Origin: Oedothorax gibbosus | Lineage: Eukaryota | Direction of reading: 5' to 3' | Length of the DNA stretch: 64,000 nt | Assembly (NCBI GenBank): GCA_019343175.1 | Contig: JAFNEN010000097.1 | Coordinates: 29,448-93,447 of the forward strand | Shown: piece after piece, positions 23,633 through 37,455 of the stretch | How the letters are laid out: each line of letters begins with the position of its first letter | How positions within the stretch are numbered: position 1 is the stretch's first letter | Program-made: the position numbers and the translations under genes | Notes under the pieces: generated by a model | Seen by the model: only the letters and a program-made list of their open reading frames with translations | Database searches by the model: none | What the model was told of the DNA's origin: nothing

Positions 23633-25690
23633 TAGGTTAAGTAAACCGAGGAATAACTCTAAATCATGGAATACGTCCTAACGTAGCCAATCAAAATCAC
23701 GAAATCGGTGGAATAATTCAAAATTAAATATAACTAGACAAGTTGATCAAAAGAATAACTGTAAGGTATGTGTTGAAATATATAAACACAAGATTTAAAA
23801 AATTTCAATTAAAAGTAAGTAGTTTTTAGTTATTTTATGTATGTTCTAAGCAATATAAGCCACTTTTCTCAACTAATGCAACCATACGTAGAAAAATTTG
23901 GGAATTATCCGTAAACAGACCAAACAGCAAAAAAAAAAACTTTCAACTTTCTATTTTATATACTAATTTAAGTCTTTATTTATTATCCATTCATTTCAAT
24001 CATTTATTTACTTTAGTTTTTCATTTTGTATTATAAATTTATTGTTTATTCACATAAATTTCAACAAATCTTTTGAAAAATAATTAATAAAAATTTTATT
24101 AAAAAAGTAAAATCTTTAAAAAAAAATTCATTAATCTTCAGTTTGTTACTGCAACATAAAAAATTATCTCTCGAGGCATGTTTTTCACCAATAAATAACT
24201 AATTTTCTTTAATTAATGAAAACTTTTATATTATTTTTTCATGTCATATTTATCGTTTATACTCTTTTTTTAATTCCAAAATAAAGTGTTTTAATTTGAG
24301 AGACAAAAAAAAAGCTTCTTGAAGGATGAAACCAGATTAAGACGTGAATTTGCATCTGGAAATATTACATATGTGGACTAAACTAATCTTTTTTTTTTCT
24401 TATTTTATCCAACTCCGTATTTAAGGGGGACCAGACCCCCAAAATTTTTCAAAAATGAGATTTAAATGTTTTTAGTGTTTCTTAAACAATGCAATCTTAG
24501 CTTTACAACGATATCTTAAAATAAAAATTTCAAGTACTAAAAGTATTTTTAATATTTTTTTTAAAAAATTGTTTAGGTAAAATCCCCTTATTAAGTATAG
24601 GTAAGAAACTACTATTGTTTACTTTAAACGCTTATATCGCAAAACTTACTTTTTCAATGTTCTGGTACCTTTTTCTCAGAATCTACTATAAGTATCAGCC
24701 TCAAATTTTTCATACGTATTTAAGAAGTTGGTTACTAAAAGCCGCTGAAGGGGTTTGAGTATAACTATCTACCTTTTTTTTCTTTTTTATATTATTGATG
24801 TTTTTTTAGGCCAAAAACATGTAGTTTCACTTAAAAATTTATAATTTAAAAACTAAACAAAATTTTTAAAAAATGCCTCCAGTAAAGTATAGTTGTACAT
24901 CTATTTAATAACTAGTAAAAATTTCATTAAAAAGTATTGAGTAGATACTGAGAAAAAGGCACATAAAAAAGGTCATTTTAACATGGGCTTCAATGGAGGG
25001 CTCCGGTCCCCCTTAACATTAATTGTTATCAATCAACGTTTTATTAACCTATTAACGATGATTGGCAAGAAAATTTACTACTTGAAAATGAGCTTTCTGT
25101 TTATGTTTATCTAAATAAACAAAATATGACAAATGAAGACCATTGTCCTCAACAATTTATTTAAGTCCAATTAAGTTACACGAAAAACGAATCAAACTTG
25201 AAGTTAACCTTTTTATTTGGAAATGATGGTGTTAATGGTATTCACAAAGTAGTCGTTAATAAGTTAATGTAGTTTAGTTTTTAAGTTAGAAGAATGATTA
25301 ATTAACCCCCTAAATTTTGACTAACCAATTGAATGTTAAAAAATTATTATAATAGACGTTAATAAGAGGAAAAGAAAAACACGAGTCATATTAAGTCACA
25401 AACATTACAGTCTTATTTATGGTCAATAAAATATGGAACAAGGAAATTAGAAACCGTTTCACTATTTTATACTGTTTAAATTTCAGCAAAACAAAATGAT
25501 GACGTGTCTCTTTAAAATATATCTTGATATAAACTATTGTTTATGTCAAGAGTGGTGGCAGTAGGGGGCGGGGGGGGGGGGACTGAAGCCTCCCCGTCGG
25601 GGCAATTTCCAATTTATCATAGTTTATTAGCAATTTTTAAAAAATGAATTTTTGTAATTAATGATATATAATTTTGATATTAATATAAGG

Positions 25691-25847
25691 AGATTCATAT
25701 TATAGTATAAATTTCTATAGAATTTACTTCAGAGTATACAATACATTCCTAATTGATGAATTTGCCAAGAGATTCATATTCTAGTATAAATTTCTATAGA
25801 ATTTACTTCAGAGTATACAATGAATTCCTAACTGATGAATTTGCCAG
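25691..25847. repeat. Tandem repeat, ~80-bp unit x2
   Basis: gagattcatattatagtataaatttctatagaatttacttcagagtatacaat(a/g)cattcctaa(t/c)tgatgaatttgcca occurs twice. Confidence 0.85.
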
Positions 25848-26134
25848 TTAAATTAAAAGAGTAAATTTGTAATGAAACTTTTCGTCTCTGACGAAGTTAT
25901 ATCGGATATTTTATAATTGATTTAGTTTGTAATTTAAATTAACAATATCACACTCACACTTATAAACAGTATGGTTTAAATAGCTAAATTTTAAAATTAA
26001 AACAAAAATCTAAATAAAATAATGTGTACTCTCTTACGTATCAGTTGCGAAAAAAAATATTAATGTATGGATGTGTTAGACGCAGAAGAGCGGACATTTT
26101 TTAAGTTTTTGCGTTAAAACACAGAGTTTGTAGA

Positions 26135-27040
26135 GTAGAGGAGGGTATTATGGAATACCATTTATATTTTTAAAAATAAGTCGTTTGGTTTAAAATAAAA
26201 ATCCACACAATCATTTTCAGTACATACTATAACTAATGGTAATGAAGTGCCAATGGTAAAAAAAACAGTATTTATTGTTTTCGTTATAAAAATTTACTTT
26301 AAAAAAAGTTACAAGTGGAGTGTAATATGGGATAGTCAGTTAATATGGAATAGTTGTTTACAATTATTGAAAATTTAATTATACTTCACAGAACATAGTA
26401 AATTTTAACTGAAAAACAATATTTGAAAATTTACGCTCAAATATTTTTGTTTTTAAGTCTATTTACAAAAATCATAAACGTAATCTTCTTTCTCTACAGT
26501 CAAAATGAAACCATAAAGAACAGCTAATGCGTTAAATCTAAACTTCATCGATCTTCGGAAAATTTTCCGTTACAAAAAATATACATTCAGCAACTTTTTT
26601 AACGGTTCTTTAGTTGATGGCATGAAGGAGGTTTCAGATGATATGTATTCCATATTACCCGACACACCATTTTGGATTATAAGCCATTTTACTGACGGAT
26701 AAAATATTGATGGTTAAAAATCGACTACAGCATAACAAACTACTATTCTTTTGGCATGCATTATTCTTAACAACAAAATTAAAGTCTCATGATTACTGGT
26801 AGATTAAAATGTTTGAACACTTTCCAATAAAAACTTTAAAATATCCGAAAACACACTTTGTTTTGCAGCGACTGTAACGACAGCAAAAAAAAGTTAACTT
26901 TGTGTTCACTGCATCATGGGAGATTTCTTAGATCTTTCATGGCATTTCCACGTAATGGCAGCACGAGAAAGGGCTGAAACTTCAGTATTCCATATTCCCC
27001 GACTATTTCATAATACCCTCCTCTCCTCTATTAAAAAAAA
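26135..27040. mobile_element. Putative non-autonomous DNA element (~0.9 kb) with ~27-bp TIR TAGAGGAGGGTATTATGGAATA
   Basis: 26137-26163 gtagaggagggtattatggaatacc pairs with 27005-27040 ttcataataccctcctctcctcta. Internal direct repeats of tattccatatt(a/c)cccgac lie at 26650 and 26985. Confidence 0.45.
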
Positions 27041-30000
27041 TCAAGAGCTTCACTTTAAAGACTTGCAACACATGAAAAAACGTACCACACGGCTCTGATT
27101 TAGCTCTTTAAAGACGAGTCTAAAATAGATTTTTTTTAATCAAACAAAAGGTATTTAATTAATTTATACATTAATTGAGGAATTGTGGGTTTTTTGTTGT
27201 TTAATTTCGGTTATAAATAATAAACGTGCGAAATGTTTACGATTTAAAGTAGATTGTTGCTTATGTTCAGACCAATTCGGCAATGATTATGTAAAAAAAA
27301 TCTCATTTTTAAATTATACCTATAAGCCGAATTGATACCGAATTTATCTGGCGCTACTGTTACGAGAAACATCTTCCCGAAAACTAGTGAACATGTTCTT
27401 AAAATAGATGGTACTGGTAGGTAGGGGATTATGGATGAAAGAATAACAGGTTGTTTAAAAACTTACCTGTTTGTAAAATTAGCAGTAAGATATTGTTTTT
27501 GAAGTCTTGAACAGTTTAATTGTTTTTCTAATTAAGAAATTTTCATAATTAAAATTGAAGTGTTAAATTCCAAATTATGGATTTAATTATACATTTTTGC
27601 TGTTAATTTGTTTTTCGTACATTTGAGGATCTTTTCGCGACGGTCTATCTCGCGACGGTCTAAATCCCTATAGGTGGGTGAACAATCCAACGCTTGGCGA
27701 ATTCTGCTTCGCAATGATAGAAGAGCCGACATCAAAAGATCAAAAAGCAACGTCGCTATGAACGCTTGGCTGCATCTTTTTGTTCAATTTCACATTTTAT
27801 TGTAGTTTTCCATCACAAATAAAAACACTAGTAGTAGCTACAACAAAAAGTGTTTGGAAGCTATTAAACTACTAAATACTACTAAACTACTAAATACTAC
27901 GTGGCAAATGAAAAATTAAAATTAAACCAACTACCGAAAAAGCACTTCTAGTTTAAACGTAAAATCCTCTGTTTTTAAGAAAATAATAATGTTTATTTTC
28001 TTATTAAAAAACGTGTTCCTTCAGCTATCTCTAGTACATTTTGTTTGACGTTATACTGTCAACAGCCTAAGTCTGGAAACTTAAGAGCGGTTTCAGGGTC
28101 ATAACCCCTGACCCCTAAATCCTATCAAACAGAAGAGGATTGAGTTGTCATCTGAGGGACCCTAATAATCTAATAAAAATAACTGCATTCACTGTTTTAA
28201 TTACATTTGTAAAACAATTTCTATTTTAATGATTTCAATAATTGGTTTACTTGCATTTTAATCCGACAGAAAAAAATTCCATCCCCTCCCTCAAAAAAAC
28301 TCTAGTAAAGCCAGCAATTGCTAGAACAGTTCTCGACTAAAAACCTTGATGCGGCATTCTATTCTCAGAAAAGGGTTTTATAACTGATTGTGAAACGAAA
28401 CCTTTCAAATTATTGGTCAGGGGTTGAAATCCCCTCTCCACAATGTACCGTTGCTAGGGATTTAATAGCCATACGGATGTCTGCGCAGAACGAAATAATT
28501 GGTCTTTGCAAACCCAAAAGCAATGGTAGGCGCAGGATTTATTTTAAGCTCATGGAGACGCGTTTCGCAAAGTTCTTAGGAGTCCGTCGTTTTCGAAGTG
28601 GTCAGAACTATAAAGGGTTAAGTCTCAAACTGCAAATGTTGCAGTCAGATGTCACAATAATGCAGTCGTATTGCGTCGAAAATGCGACAAATCAAACTCG
28701 CACTTTTCAAATATCGAGAAATTAGGGAAGACCGGGGCTAGTTTTCTAGCTTTTTTTTATCATTTTGCGTCTATATAATAATTTACATTTTTACCTATTT
28801 TGATAAAAACATAATCTAACTGTATTTTTCATACTTTTATCTACGAAATATCATATTTTTCAAAAAAAAAGTATTTATTATGGTTTTTGACAGTTATTGA
28901 TTAAATCTAAACATTTAAGTTCGAAAATGTTCCCGATATGCTGGGACAAGTTTTCCAACCTACTAAAAATGTACATTTTGAGTTAAGTTCACTTTTCTAA
29001 CATAACATCACTCCCCAAGACACCACAACATTAACTAGTATGACATTTATTACTCCATGAGAGTACGAGTCACTGTCTTTTTTTATAAATGATTTCGCTT
29101 TCAAATTACCAACAGCATATTATCGAATGTATTATTAAATTGGTTATACATAAAATACATAGCTATGATTAATCAACGAAATGAACATAAACAGAGCGTG
29201 CAAAAACATTCAAAATTATTGTAATCAAATTTATTGTTATCAATCCTTTTCATTGAATGTCTAAAATTCAATTGCATATTACCCCATTTTCCATCAATTT
29301 GGAACACCTCTTAAAGACTCTACATTTGTTTTTAGATAAAATAAGACATATATTGACTTCTAGATCCGAATTCTATAAACTAATGTCTTGGTGACTGTCC
29401 CTGTCGTCAAAAGATTTTTATCAGGCTCTAGGACACATGGTGAATATAAAAGAAATATATTTCTAAAATACTCGTTCGTGACAAATACCAGAAATTTAGC
29501 CGAAATTGTTTTCAAACAATTGATACTATACCAAAATAATTATATCTGTTGTATAAGCCCCTGGCAAAATCGTGAAAGTACTTTGATTATTACTATTAAA
29601 TGAAATCGAAATTCAAATTGTACAATTTTTTTTTAATAACTAACTCAAAATCCTCGTGTTGGTTAGAAATAAAATGTCAAGAAGGGATTTTATATATTTT
29701 TTCTATTACTAATTGAGTTTAAGCATTAAAGTGCATAATTTGTAATGCACCTGTGTGCCAAAACAGAATTAGAGTTTATCTTCAGCTGAGAATATACTAT
29801 TCTTAATCCTTGAAGGGTTTCTTTAAGAAGAACTTCTCTTACTACGATGAAGCAAAAAAATACTTGAAGGCCTACAAGAAGTTTTCTGCTAAGAAAAATA
29901 CCTCAGTTTCTCTGTTGGTCGGGAATCCTGTTCGAAATGGGGAGTGTCTCTGGGAAAAAGTAAATTTTCCAAAGCATCCAACCATTACGACCGGATTCTC

Positions 30001-31348
30001 GGACTATTGTTTGTCATTTCAACGTTCGACTTTCATTCTAAATCAGCCTGTAAAAAAAATAATGGAAAGAAAACATCAGTACTTTTTTTCTTTCATTTCT
30101 CTTACAAACCTGCTTTTTCCCACAATTTGGATTGGACGCTGAGCGGATCGTTTGAAGAATAATCTTCGAATCTCTTCAAAACTAATTTTTTTAAAGGGAT
30201 TAATGTTTTAGAAATTTTCAGGAAACAGCTTTGAAATCATATTGTGTAAACATTAGAACATACTTCGATATTTCCATATTGTAATAATAGCAGGACATTG
30301 ACAGAATAGGCTTTGGTCAATTTAGGCGTTGTTTAAAAAAAAAAATTGCTGCACGTATTAGAACCTGTTTGTTTAATAAAGTGGAAGTTTATATACACGA
30401 CTTATGCCAAAAATTAATTTCAAAAATCCTTCGAAAATATAATTATTTTAAAATTTTCAATACCTTCCTTACTTCAATTGCAAACTATCCATTAGATCAA
30501 ACTATGTTTTTTAATTGCATTTTTAGAGCAAAAAATTTGTTTAATTACTGCAGAAAAAAAAACTTTATCGAAAAAAATTTAAGAAATTCAAATTCAAAAA
30601 CTTAGGAATATAAATTTAATAACTCTTTAGTACTTCACTCTAAGAAAAACAAGCAATACCTGTTCCCATATTTTACTACTTAAAATATTCTCAAATTGAA
30701 AAATAAATAACAAAGCAACATGAAAAAAATATTCCATACACATCACCCTAAAACATTTCCTAAACAAAGTTTTCTCTTTCTCCCCTACAAAATATTTTTT
30801 TTTCTCTCGAGATATATAAACTGTTTTCTGTCCATCACATTTTGAAAAATCTTTTTTTTCACATTTTAATTCCTATAAATTATTTCATATATAAAACATG
30901 CTACAAGAACTAAAAAGTAGATAAATAATAATTTAGACCTACAACTAACATTTTCTTAAACAAATCGTCTCCTTCCCAACTTCTGATTTTTTTTGTTTTC
31001 CGATAAATCAAATATTTTACCCACATTAAAAGCAAGAAAAGGATTATTTCACCATTATTTCCTAAAAATATTATCACAAATATTAGTACACTTACTATAA
31101 AAAAACATTTTAACTTTATTTGTATTTAAACTATTTTCTCTTCGTCAAAACCATTATACTTTATGTCTTAAATCCACTACGAATACCAGAATGCTTATAA
31201 TTTCACAATATATTTCCACCATTTTATTACAATTAAAACAATAATAATCCTTCCAATAAAACATTAAGCCAAGAGATATCAAACATGTAAAAAAATAAGC
31301 CTTGAAAACGATATATAACAGTATTTTTTTTTAATTAAAATTGTACAG

Positions 31349-31525
31349 ATTAAGAAATCAAATTAAATGTAAATATTAAGAAATCAAATTAAATGTAAAT
31401 ATTAAGAAATCAAATTAAATGTAAATATTAAGAAATCAAATTAAATGTAAATATTAAGAAATCAAATTAAATGTAAATATTAAGAAATCAAATTAAATGT
31501 AAATATTAAGAAATCAAAATAAATA
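31349..31525. repeat. Minisatellite, 26-bp unit (taagaaatcaaattaaatgtaaatat) x ~6.7
   Basis: Perfect tandem copies. Confidence 0.95.
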
Positions 31526-32996
31526 TAATATTTATAGCCTCAGTTTCCAACATCCCTAACCATCCTCCCAACAAAACCTCTCTATCCTCAACAATCCCTC
31601 CTTTATGTAATAACGACCATCTTAAACCTCTCTTCTTAAAATGTCGACGAATTTGGAAAATGAGACTTGATCCAGCCACACTGCAGTTGATTGCGTCTCA
31701 AAAGAGTTGGACACTTCAGATCAGTATTGGACGCACAGCAGGGCGCATCAACAAGTGCTCCCCATTATCGCCCCCTCTGCTGCTGAAATTTCTCGGAAAT
31801 CAACGACACTAATATAGTAGGCCTCTAATCGAACAGTAAACAGGCTGCTAAAGGGGAGGGGGACCAAGATGAATCTCGCCAAATCACTAATTTGTAGTAA
31901 AAAGTTGTTATGTTTAGCAATTTATCGCTACCGTCTGAGTAAGTAAATCTCGAAAAATAAATTAGAAGCTGCTTTATAAGGCTCAAAATTATGAACTATA
32001 ATATAAAATATGATAGTTCTATAATATAAAATATCATAGTTCTCTAAGTATAATAGGTTTGATACATATATCGGAAACAATTTGTTACGCCCATTGTAGA
32101 ATATTTGAAAAGTGAAAGCATATCGTACTGATTGTTTAGAATTTTGCAAATTTGTTCTCTGGTGATCTATAGGTAAACACACACGTGACTTTGAAAATTG
32201 ATAAAGGTCGTCTTTTTAGTTTTCCAATGTGAAGTCCATTCTATATTAAGTATCTGGTTGTAGCCCCGTGCAGAAGGCGGGGCTATATGGCAGCACGAAT
32301 TCAAGACACCCACAAGACACCTTTTATTGATTTAGGCTGAACGTGTGGACAAGGAAAAACAGCCAAGGAATTCAAAACAACAACAACAATGACAATCTAT
32401 TAGTAAAAGACAAGTCGGTTAGGAAACCAAGATGAGCGAGAAAGGTAATTTTTCGAGAAATTTAACGAGAAAGTAAGATTTTTATAAAATATCTGTTCAT
32501 TTTATATTTTTGTTTTATAATTTATGCGTCATTCATGAGAAGATGATAAACTGAACTCTCGCCATCACCGGACAACTAAACTTGTTTTAGTTTTAGTTCT
32601 GAAAAAAAATGCAGAAACAAAACTTTAGATGTTAACTATATGTATGTCCCCTCGTGACCAAGGACAAAAATCAACCAGTTTCCCACCGAGAAGGTTCCCG
32701 GTTCGTATCACAGCCATACTATAAACGTATTTGTGCTGGGGAAAAAACCTCATAAAACACGATGGTCCCCGATCACACTGAGATAGAAATCGTATTTGTT
32801 AAATCTGTCGAGTCGAAAAGAGCGACGGCGACGGCGTATAATGGGGCAAAAGTCTCAAAAGGTGGCCAAAAGTATTCATCGGATTTTTTGCAAATAATAA
32901 ACTATTATATTATGTTTTATAAAGTATTTTAAGAATAATAATGAGTAAAAATAAATAAAATATGTACATAAATAAAATTTTACAAAATATGTAAAA

Positions 32997-33347
32997 AGAT
33001 TGGTAGATCACGTGACCTCCAATGCTAACGACGGGACGCGCATGGAGGCCAAATAAGAGGGCAAAATGGCCAGTGTTGCTGCTACTTTAAGGAGAAAAAT
33101 ACTTCGAAAAAATACAATTTAATTCTAAAATTACAAAAAAATACTAGAAAAGGATTTCAAGTCACTAAAAAGATTCTAAAATACAGCTAGTATTTTTACG
33201 ATATTTGTTTTTAATTTGAAAATTAAATGGTATTTTTTCGTAGTATTTTTCTCCTTAAAGTGGCAGCAACACTGGGCATTTTGCCCTCTTATTTGGCCTC
33301 CATGCGCGTCTCGTCGTTAGCATTGGAGGTCACGTGATCTGCCAATC
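32997..33347. mobile_element. MITE with ~125-bp near-identical TIRs separated by a ~100-bp loop; termini contain the CACGTG palindrome
   Basis: gattggtagatcacgtgacctccaatgctaacgacgggacgcgcatggaggccaaataagagggcaaaatggccagtgttgctgctactttaaggagaaaaatact... on the left is the reverse complement of 33230-33347. Only about 6 mismatches, so probably a recent insertion. Confidence 0.85.
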
Positions 33348-35189
33348 TAATACTTTAACTATGATATCTATGCCCTACACAGAGTTAATTTTTTTGATAA
33401 CTACAACTGGTAACTAACTTGGTGTTGTTAGTTCTTGGAAGTATAATGGCTAGAAGAGGTAGTGTATAAAGCGCAAACAATAACCGGATCCCTACAACGT
33501 TACATCCGCTAGAGGACACTGTTGTCTTCCGCGAGTCTATTTACTTCGTTTTCGTCCCGTGCCCCGCGTGTTGTTTACGCTTTTCAAAAATCAAAGTTAT
33601 CGGTACTTATATTTCTTTTAGCATTTTTAAATCTCCAAATTGATGGTTTTGTGACGTGGTAAACATGCCTCCAAGACCGAAATATAAAGATAGGATTTGT
33701 TATGTTCCTGAGTGCAAGACTAATTACAATAGTTCCAAAAAGAAGGGAGGAAATTTATGTTGTTTCTGTTTGGAGCACCAGTAAATGAAGAGTTGGCTAA
33801 TAACTTTTTTTAATAACCCGAATGCATTTCTATAGTTCCCAAATTAATGAGCTTAGTGATAACAAACGTGACAAAATTAAACTTTTAAAGATGCGTCGAT
33901 GTCAGTGAAACAAAAGTGTACACAATTATTATGTTATCATTTGTGCTTAAAACCATTAGCAGTTAAAGAATATGTGAAAATTCTATAAAATGATTCTTGT
34001 AAGTTGTTTAAGTTTATTATTTTAAATCGGCTTCCATTTATTCTAAAATTTGTGAACAATTATGTTTTTAATGTTTTACTTTGTAGAAATGTGTGTGCTA
34101 ATATTAATTTAATTATGAAGTTGACTGCATTCACTTAGAAAATCCAATCATTGTATCGGATTTTAAAAAAAGGCAATATTTTTTCTTCATTAAAATTCTT
34201 GACTTACACAAGTATTTGTTTAATATCTAGTTTAATTATTTCCTACACATGTGTTGTATGAAAAATAAAATAACCATATCATAAAAAAATTCCTATATAA
34301 GTATTGAAAATAACATATAGTGTTTTCAAAACATTTTAGCTTAGGAACACAAATGTCATTGAAAAGGGTATTTTGTTTTAAATACATTTATATAAAAAAA
34401 ATAGTATTAATACATAAATCATATTTTTTTATTGAAATTATTAAAAAATATTGTATTTCTATTCAGTAGGGAAGAGTGGGGGCTATTGGGAATTTTTTTT
34501 TATTAACCTCTGTATTTCAGCAAAAATACAAGAATTTTATTTTCTTTTTTACAAGCTCAAAACGAAATTTTCGTTTACTTAAAAAGTCATTCGACAGATG
34601 TTAAAACATTACCATATTTTAGTTGCTGAGCATTTTAAACAAACATGAAAATGTCCCATTAGCCCCCACGTGTGGGGTCTAATGGGACAGGGTGCAGGAC
34701 TATAATGGGACATGGGAAATGTTGCCGAAATTAAATTTCAAAAAAGAGAAAAGGAATCAGATAATAACATGAAAATATAATTTTAAAGCAAACACCATTT
34801 ACATAATGTATACGTAATGAAATTTTATTTCTTTAAACAATTATTTCCCATTGAAAGGTGAAATATTATAGTTAAAACTCAATATCGAAGATGCTCCCAT
34901 AATTTTTGTTGAATCACTGGAAAGGATAGTTTCGTAACTAAATCTTCTAAAATCTATCCCAAACTTGTCCTCTTCTTCAGGGTACGGGAATTTAAAAAGA
35001 CCGTCTTTATCTTCAAATTGCTTACCCCGAGTTCATCGCTTTCTATTTCAGAAATCAATTCCAACGTAATAAATAATAGTTTGCTTTCCAGCAAATTTTA
35101 CAAACAACAAATTATTTATCTTCACCAAGTTCTGTTCAGATGTAATTAATAAAATTGCAGGTGGAAATATGTCACCAATGCTTCCCAAA

Positions 35190-35795
35190 TAGCCCCTAAT
35201 AAAGAGAAAAAAATAATTCATAAATAACTATTAATATTTCAGGTATGGGGATAATTTTTAGAGGAGATCCATTTAATGAACAGTTAAATAACTTTAAAAA
35301 AAGTTTGCATTTTTAAAATATCCTGAAATAAAAAATTTTGTTTTTTCCTAAAGAGAAAAGGAACAAAATAACTGGCCTAAAAATCATTGACTTTTTTCTA
35401 TATAAGTATTAAAAATATAGCATATAGTGTTTTCTATTAAAAATTTTTGGTTTAAGAACATAAATATCATTGATATTAAATGGTATATTGTTAAAATAGT
35501 TTTAGTAAAACATAGTTTTAATACATAAATCATATCTTTTAATGAAAATTTAAATAGACATTGTATTTCTATTAGTTATAAAAAGAAAAAAATAATTCAG
35601 AAATATTAATATTTTCGGGTGCACGGGGGGATTTTCAGAGGAGATACATTTAATGAACAATTAAATCTCTTTTTTAAAAAAAAGTTTGCATTTTTAAACT
35701 CTCCTGAAATGGAAATTTTGTTTTTCCATAAAAAAGGAACACATGCTGACCTAAAAATCATTAAATTTTTCCTAGAAAATAAACGCTTTTGTTAG
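35190..35795. repeat. Tandem repeat with ~400-bp unit (~1.5 copies here, partial third copy at 34290-34480)
   Basis: 35190-35590 is about 75% identical to 35590-35790 (aaaaataattca..ggagat(c/a)catttaatgaaca..gtttgcatttttaaa..cctgaaat..). 34290-34480 matches 35400-35590. Confidence 0.65.
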
Positions 35796-35799
35796 AAGA

Positions 35800-36013
35800 G
35801 GGGCTGGGGAGCCCAGTCGGTTAGGCGTTCGCCTTGCATGCGGTAGTTCTCAGGTTCGGCTCCGGGCATGCCAAAATAACTGCCGGCCTATAAACGGCCC
35901 GTGCAGCCAAAAATTTCCGACGAATAATACCCCATGTAGAGGGAGTGCACGTTAAATATGCTCCAAAGTTCCAACGCTGCTTACGAAGTCGCCCTGAATG
36001 GTTGCGTTGGGTG
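35800..36013 (+). mobile_element. SINE family A, 5' part (tRNA-like head) of a copy split by a hAT-like insertion
   Basis: ggggctggggagcccagtcggttaggcgttcgccttgcatgcggtagttctcaggttcggctccggg... is collinear with the reverse complement of 12890-13142 up to ggttgcgttgggtg, where the insertion begins. Confidence 0.8.
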
Positions 36014-36675
36014 CATTGGCGGATCCAGGTGGGGGGGACCAGGGGGCACGTTCCCCCCCCCTCCCCCAGAAAATGCAAAGTTACACCGGATATTATTGAA
36101 TTTTCTAATTAAATAATTGATAAAGTCTATTTCTTTCTTAATTTTTGGTGGGAAAACGTACATTACACATTCTGAAAGACGTCATAATCCAGAAGACACA
36201 AATCTGTCAAAATCACGATATTACGCAAAGTTAAAGAAAAGAATTAACGAAAAGTAGCCAATCACAAAATTCGACGCAAATAAAATTTCGGAAATATTTT
36301 TTTTATTTATTAGGAGGGTGGCGCCGTTTATATTCCACACGTGCTATCTAACGGTGTATTTTTTTGTAAATGTTTTATTTTTAAGGTTTTGAGTTTGCTT
36401 ATATTATCCAAGTAACAATAAGTGTTAGTTCAACTCGGAAGTTTTTTTACGCTGTTCTCTCATATATAATGCATCAAATTTCATAAGAAGATTGGATTAT
36501 AAGAGTAAGTTATTAGCTTCTATATTTAATCAATAAGTAAGTTCTTATTTATAAAATTTGCTTGCAATTGCCTCAGTGATATTAAAAAATAATAATAAGT
36601 TAAAATGTTCTTAGTTGCTGATTTATAATATTTGTGAAGGTGGCATGTTAAATACTATCTTGTGGGTTTGTGTTT

Positions 36676-36935
36676 AGTTTGAATTATCGTCGCACAAAAG
36701 CTACACGAGGGCTATTGGAGACGGGCGTCGTAATTTAGAACCACTATCAAGTGACGAGAGACACCTGAGTAGCACCCAACGCAACCGTTAAGGGCGACAT
36801 CGTACGCAGCGTTGGGACTTCGGAGCATATTTAACATGCACTTTCACTACACGGGGTATTATTCGTCGGACATTTTTTAGCTGCACGGACCGTTAGTAGA
36901 TCGGCAGTTATTTTTGCGATGTTTTAAGGAACTTG
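36676..36935 (-). mobile_element. SINE family A copy (head degenerate), nested inside the hAT-like element
   Basis: tttgaattatcgtcgcacaaaagctacacgagggctattggagacgggcgtcgtaatttagaacc...ggcagttatttttgcgatg is collinear with 12830-13080. Confidence 0.75.
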
Positions 36936-37084
36936 GGTGCATTTTCCCCTCTTTTTACTGTTTTTGTTAGAACGCTTAATAAAAATCTAGGAAGGTATGT
37001 TTAGTTCTGTTTTCATTAAATTTTAATTGCTGTTTAATATTTAAACTTGGTTTATGAAAATTAGTTGTTATTTTTATATAACTA

Positions 37085-37455
37085 CATATAAGCGGCTCAG
37101 TGGTTAAACGTGTCCACTTCATAAGCCCAAAATCGCGGGTTCGAGCCCCGGCTGAGTCGTCGGATTTTCTGGATGGGAAAATCTAGGGCATGCATGGGGT
37201 CATATGATTATGTGGCAGGTAAAAGATCCCTAGAGGGACTATTTGGCTTGGGTTCTCTCGGCAAAATTAAATCTCGGCTTACTTTAACATCCACATAGAG
37301 CTCATCAGATTCATTGTAATCTGCGCGTCAAAATTGGTAGCGAGAGTCCGCCTAAATGGTGCCACAAGAAAATGGCTCTCTGTTCTGTTCTGGGAAATAT
37401 GCTGAGTCTGCAAAGGCTTGATCGCCAATATTGCAGCCCCATTAGAGAAAAAAAA
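37085..37455 (+). mobile_element. tRNA-derived SINE, family B, nested inside the hAT-like element
   Basis: Head agcggctcagtggttaaacgtgtccacttcataagcccaaaatcgcgggttcgagccccggctgagtcg with A box TCAGTGGTTAAA and B box GGTTCGAGCCC. About 300-bp body ending ..gcagccccattagagaaaaaaaag. Confidence 0.6.

Noticed and set aside
28390-28725. 111-aa ORF in a relatively GC-balanced patch
   Set aside because: No recognisable domain and no flanking splice signals. It may be TE-derived, but there is no evidence to call a gene.
29810-30162. Overlapping 110-aa and 72-aa ORFs
   Set aside because: Low-complexity K/F-rich translations in an AT-rich region with no supporting signals.
35821-36163. ORFs of 85 and 60 aa on the minus strand (MHFLGEGGGTCPL..., MYVFPPKIKK...)
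   Set aside because: They lie entirely within the SINE head and the G-run-rich hAT-like TIR. The open frame comes from repeat composition, not coding sequence.
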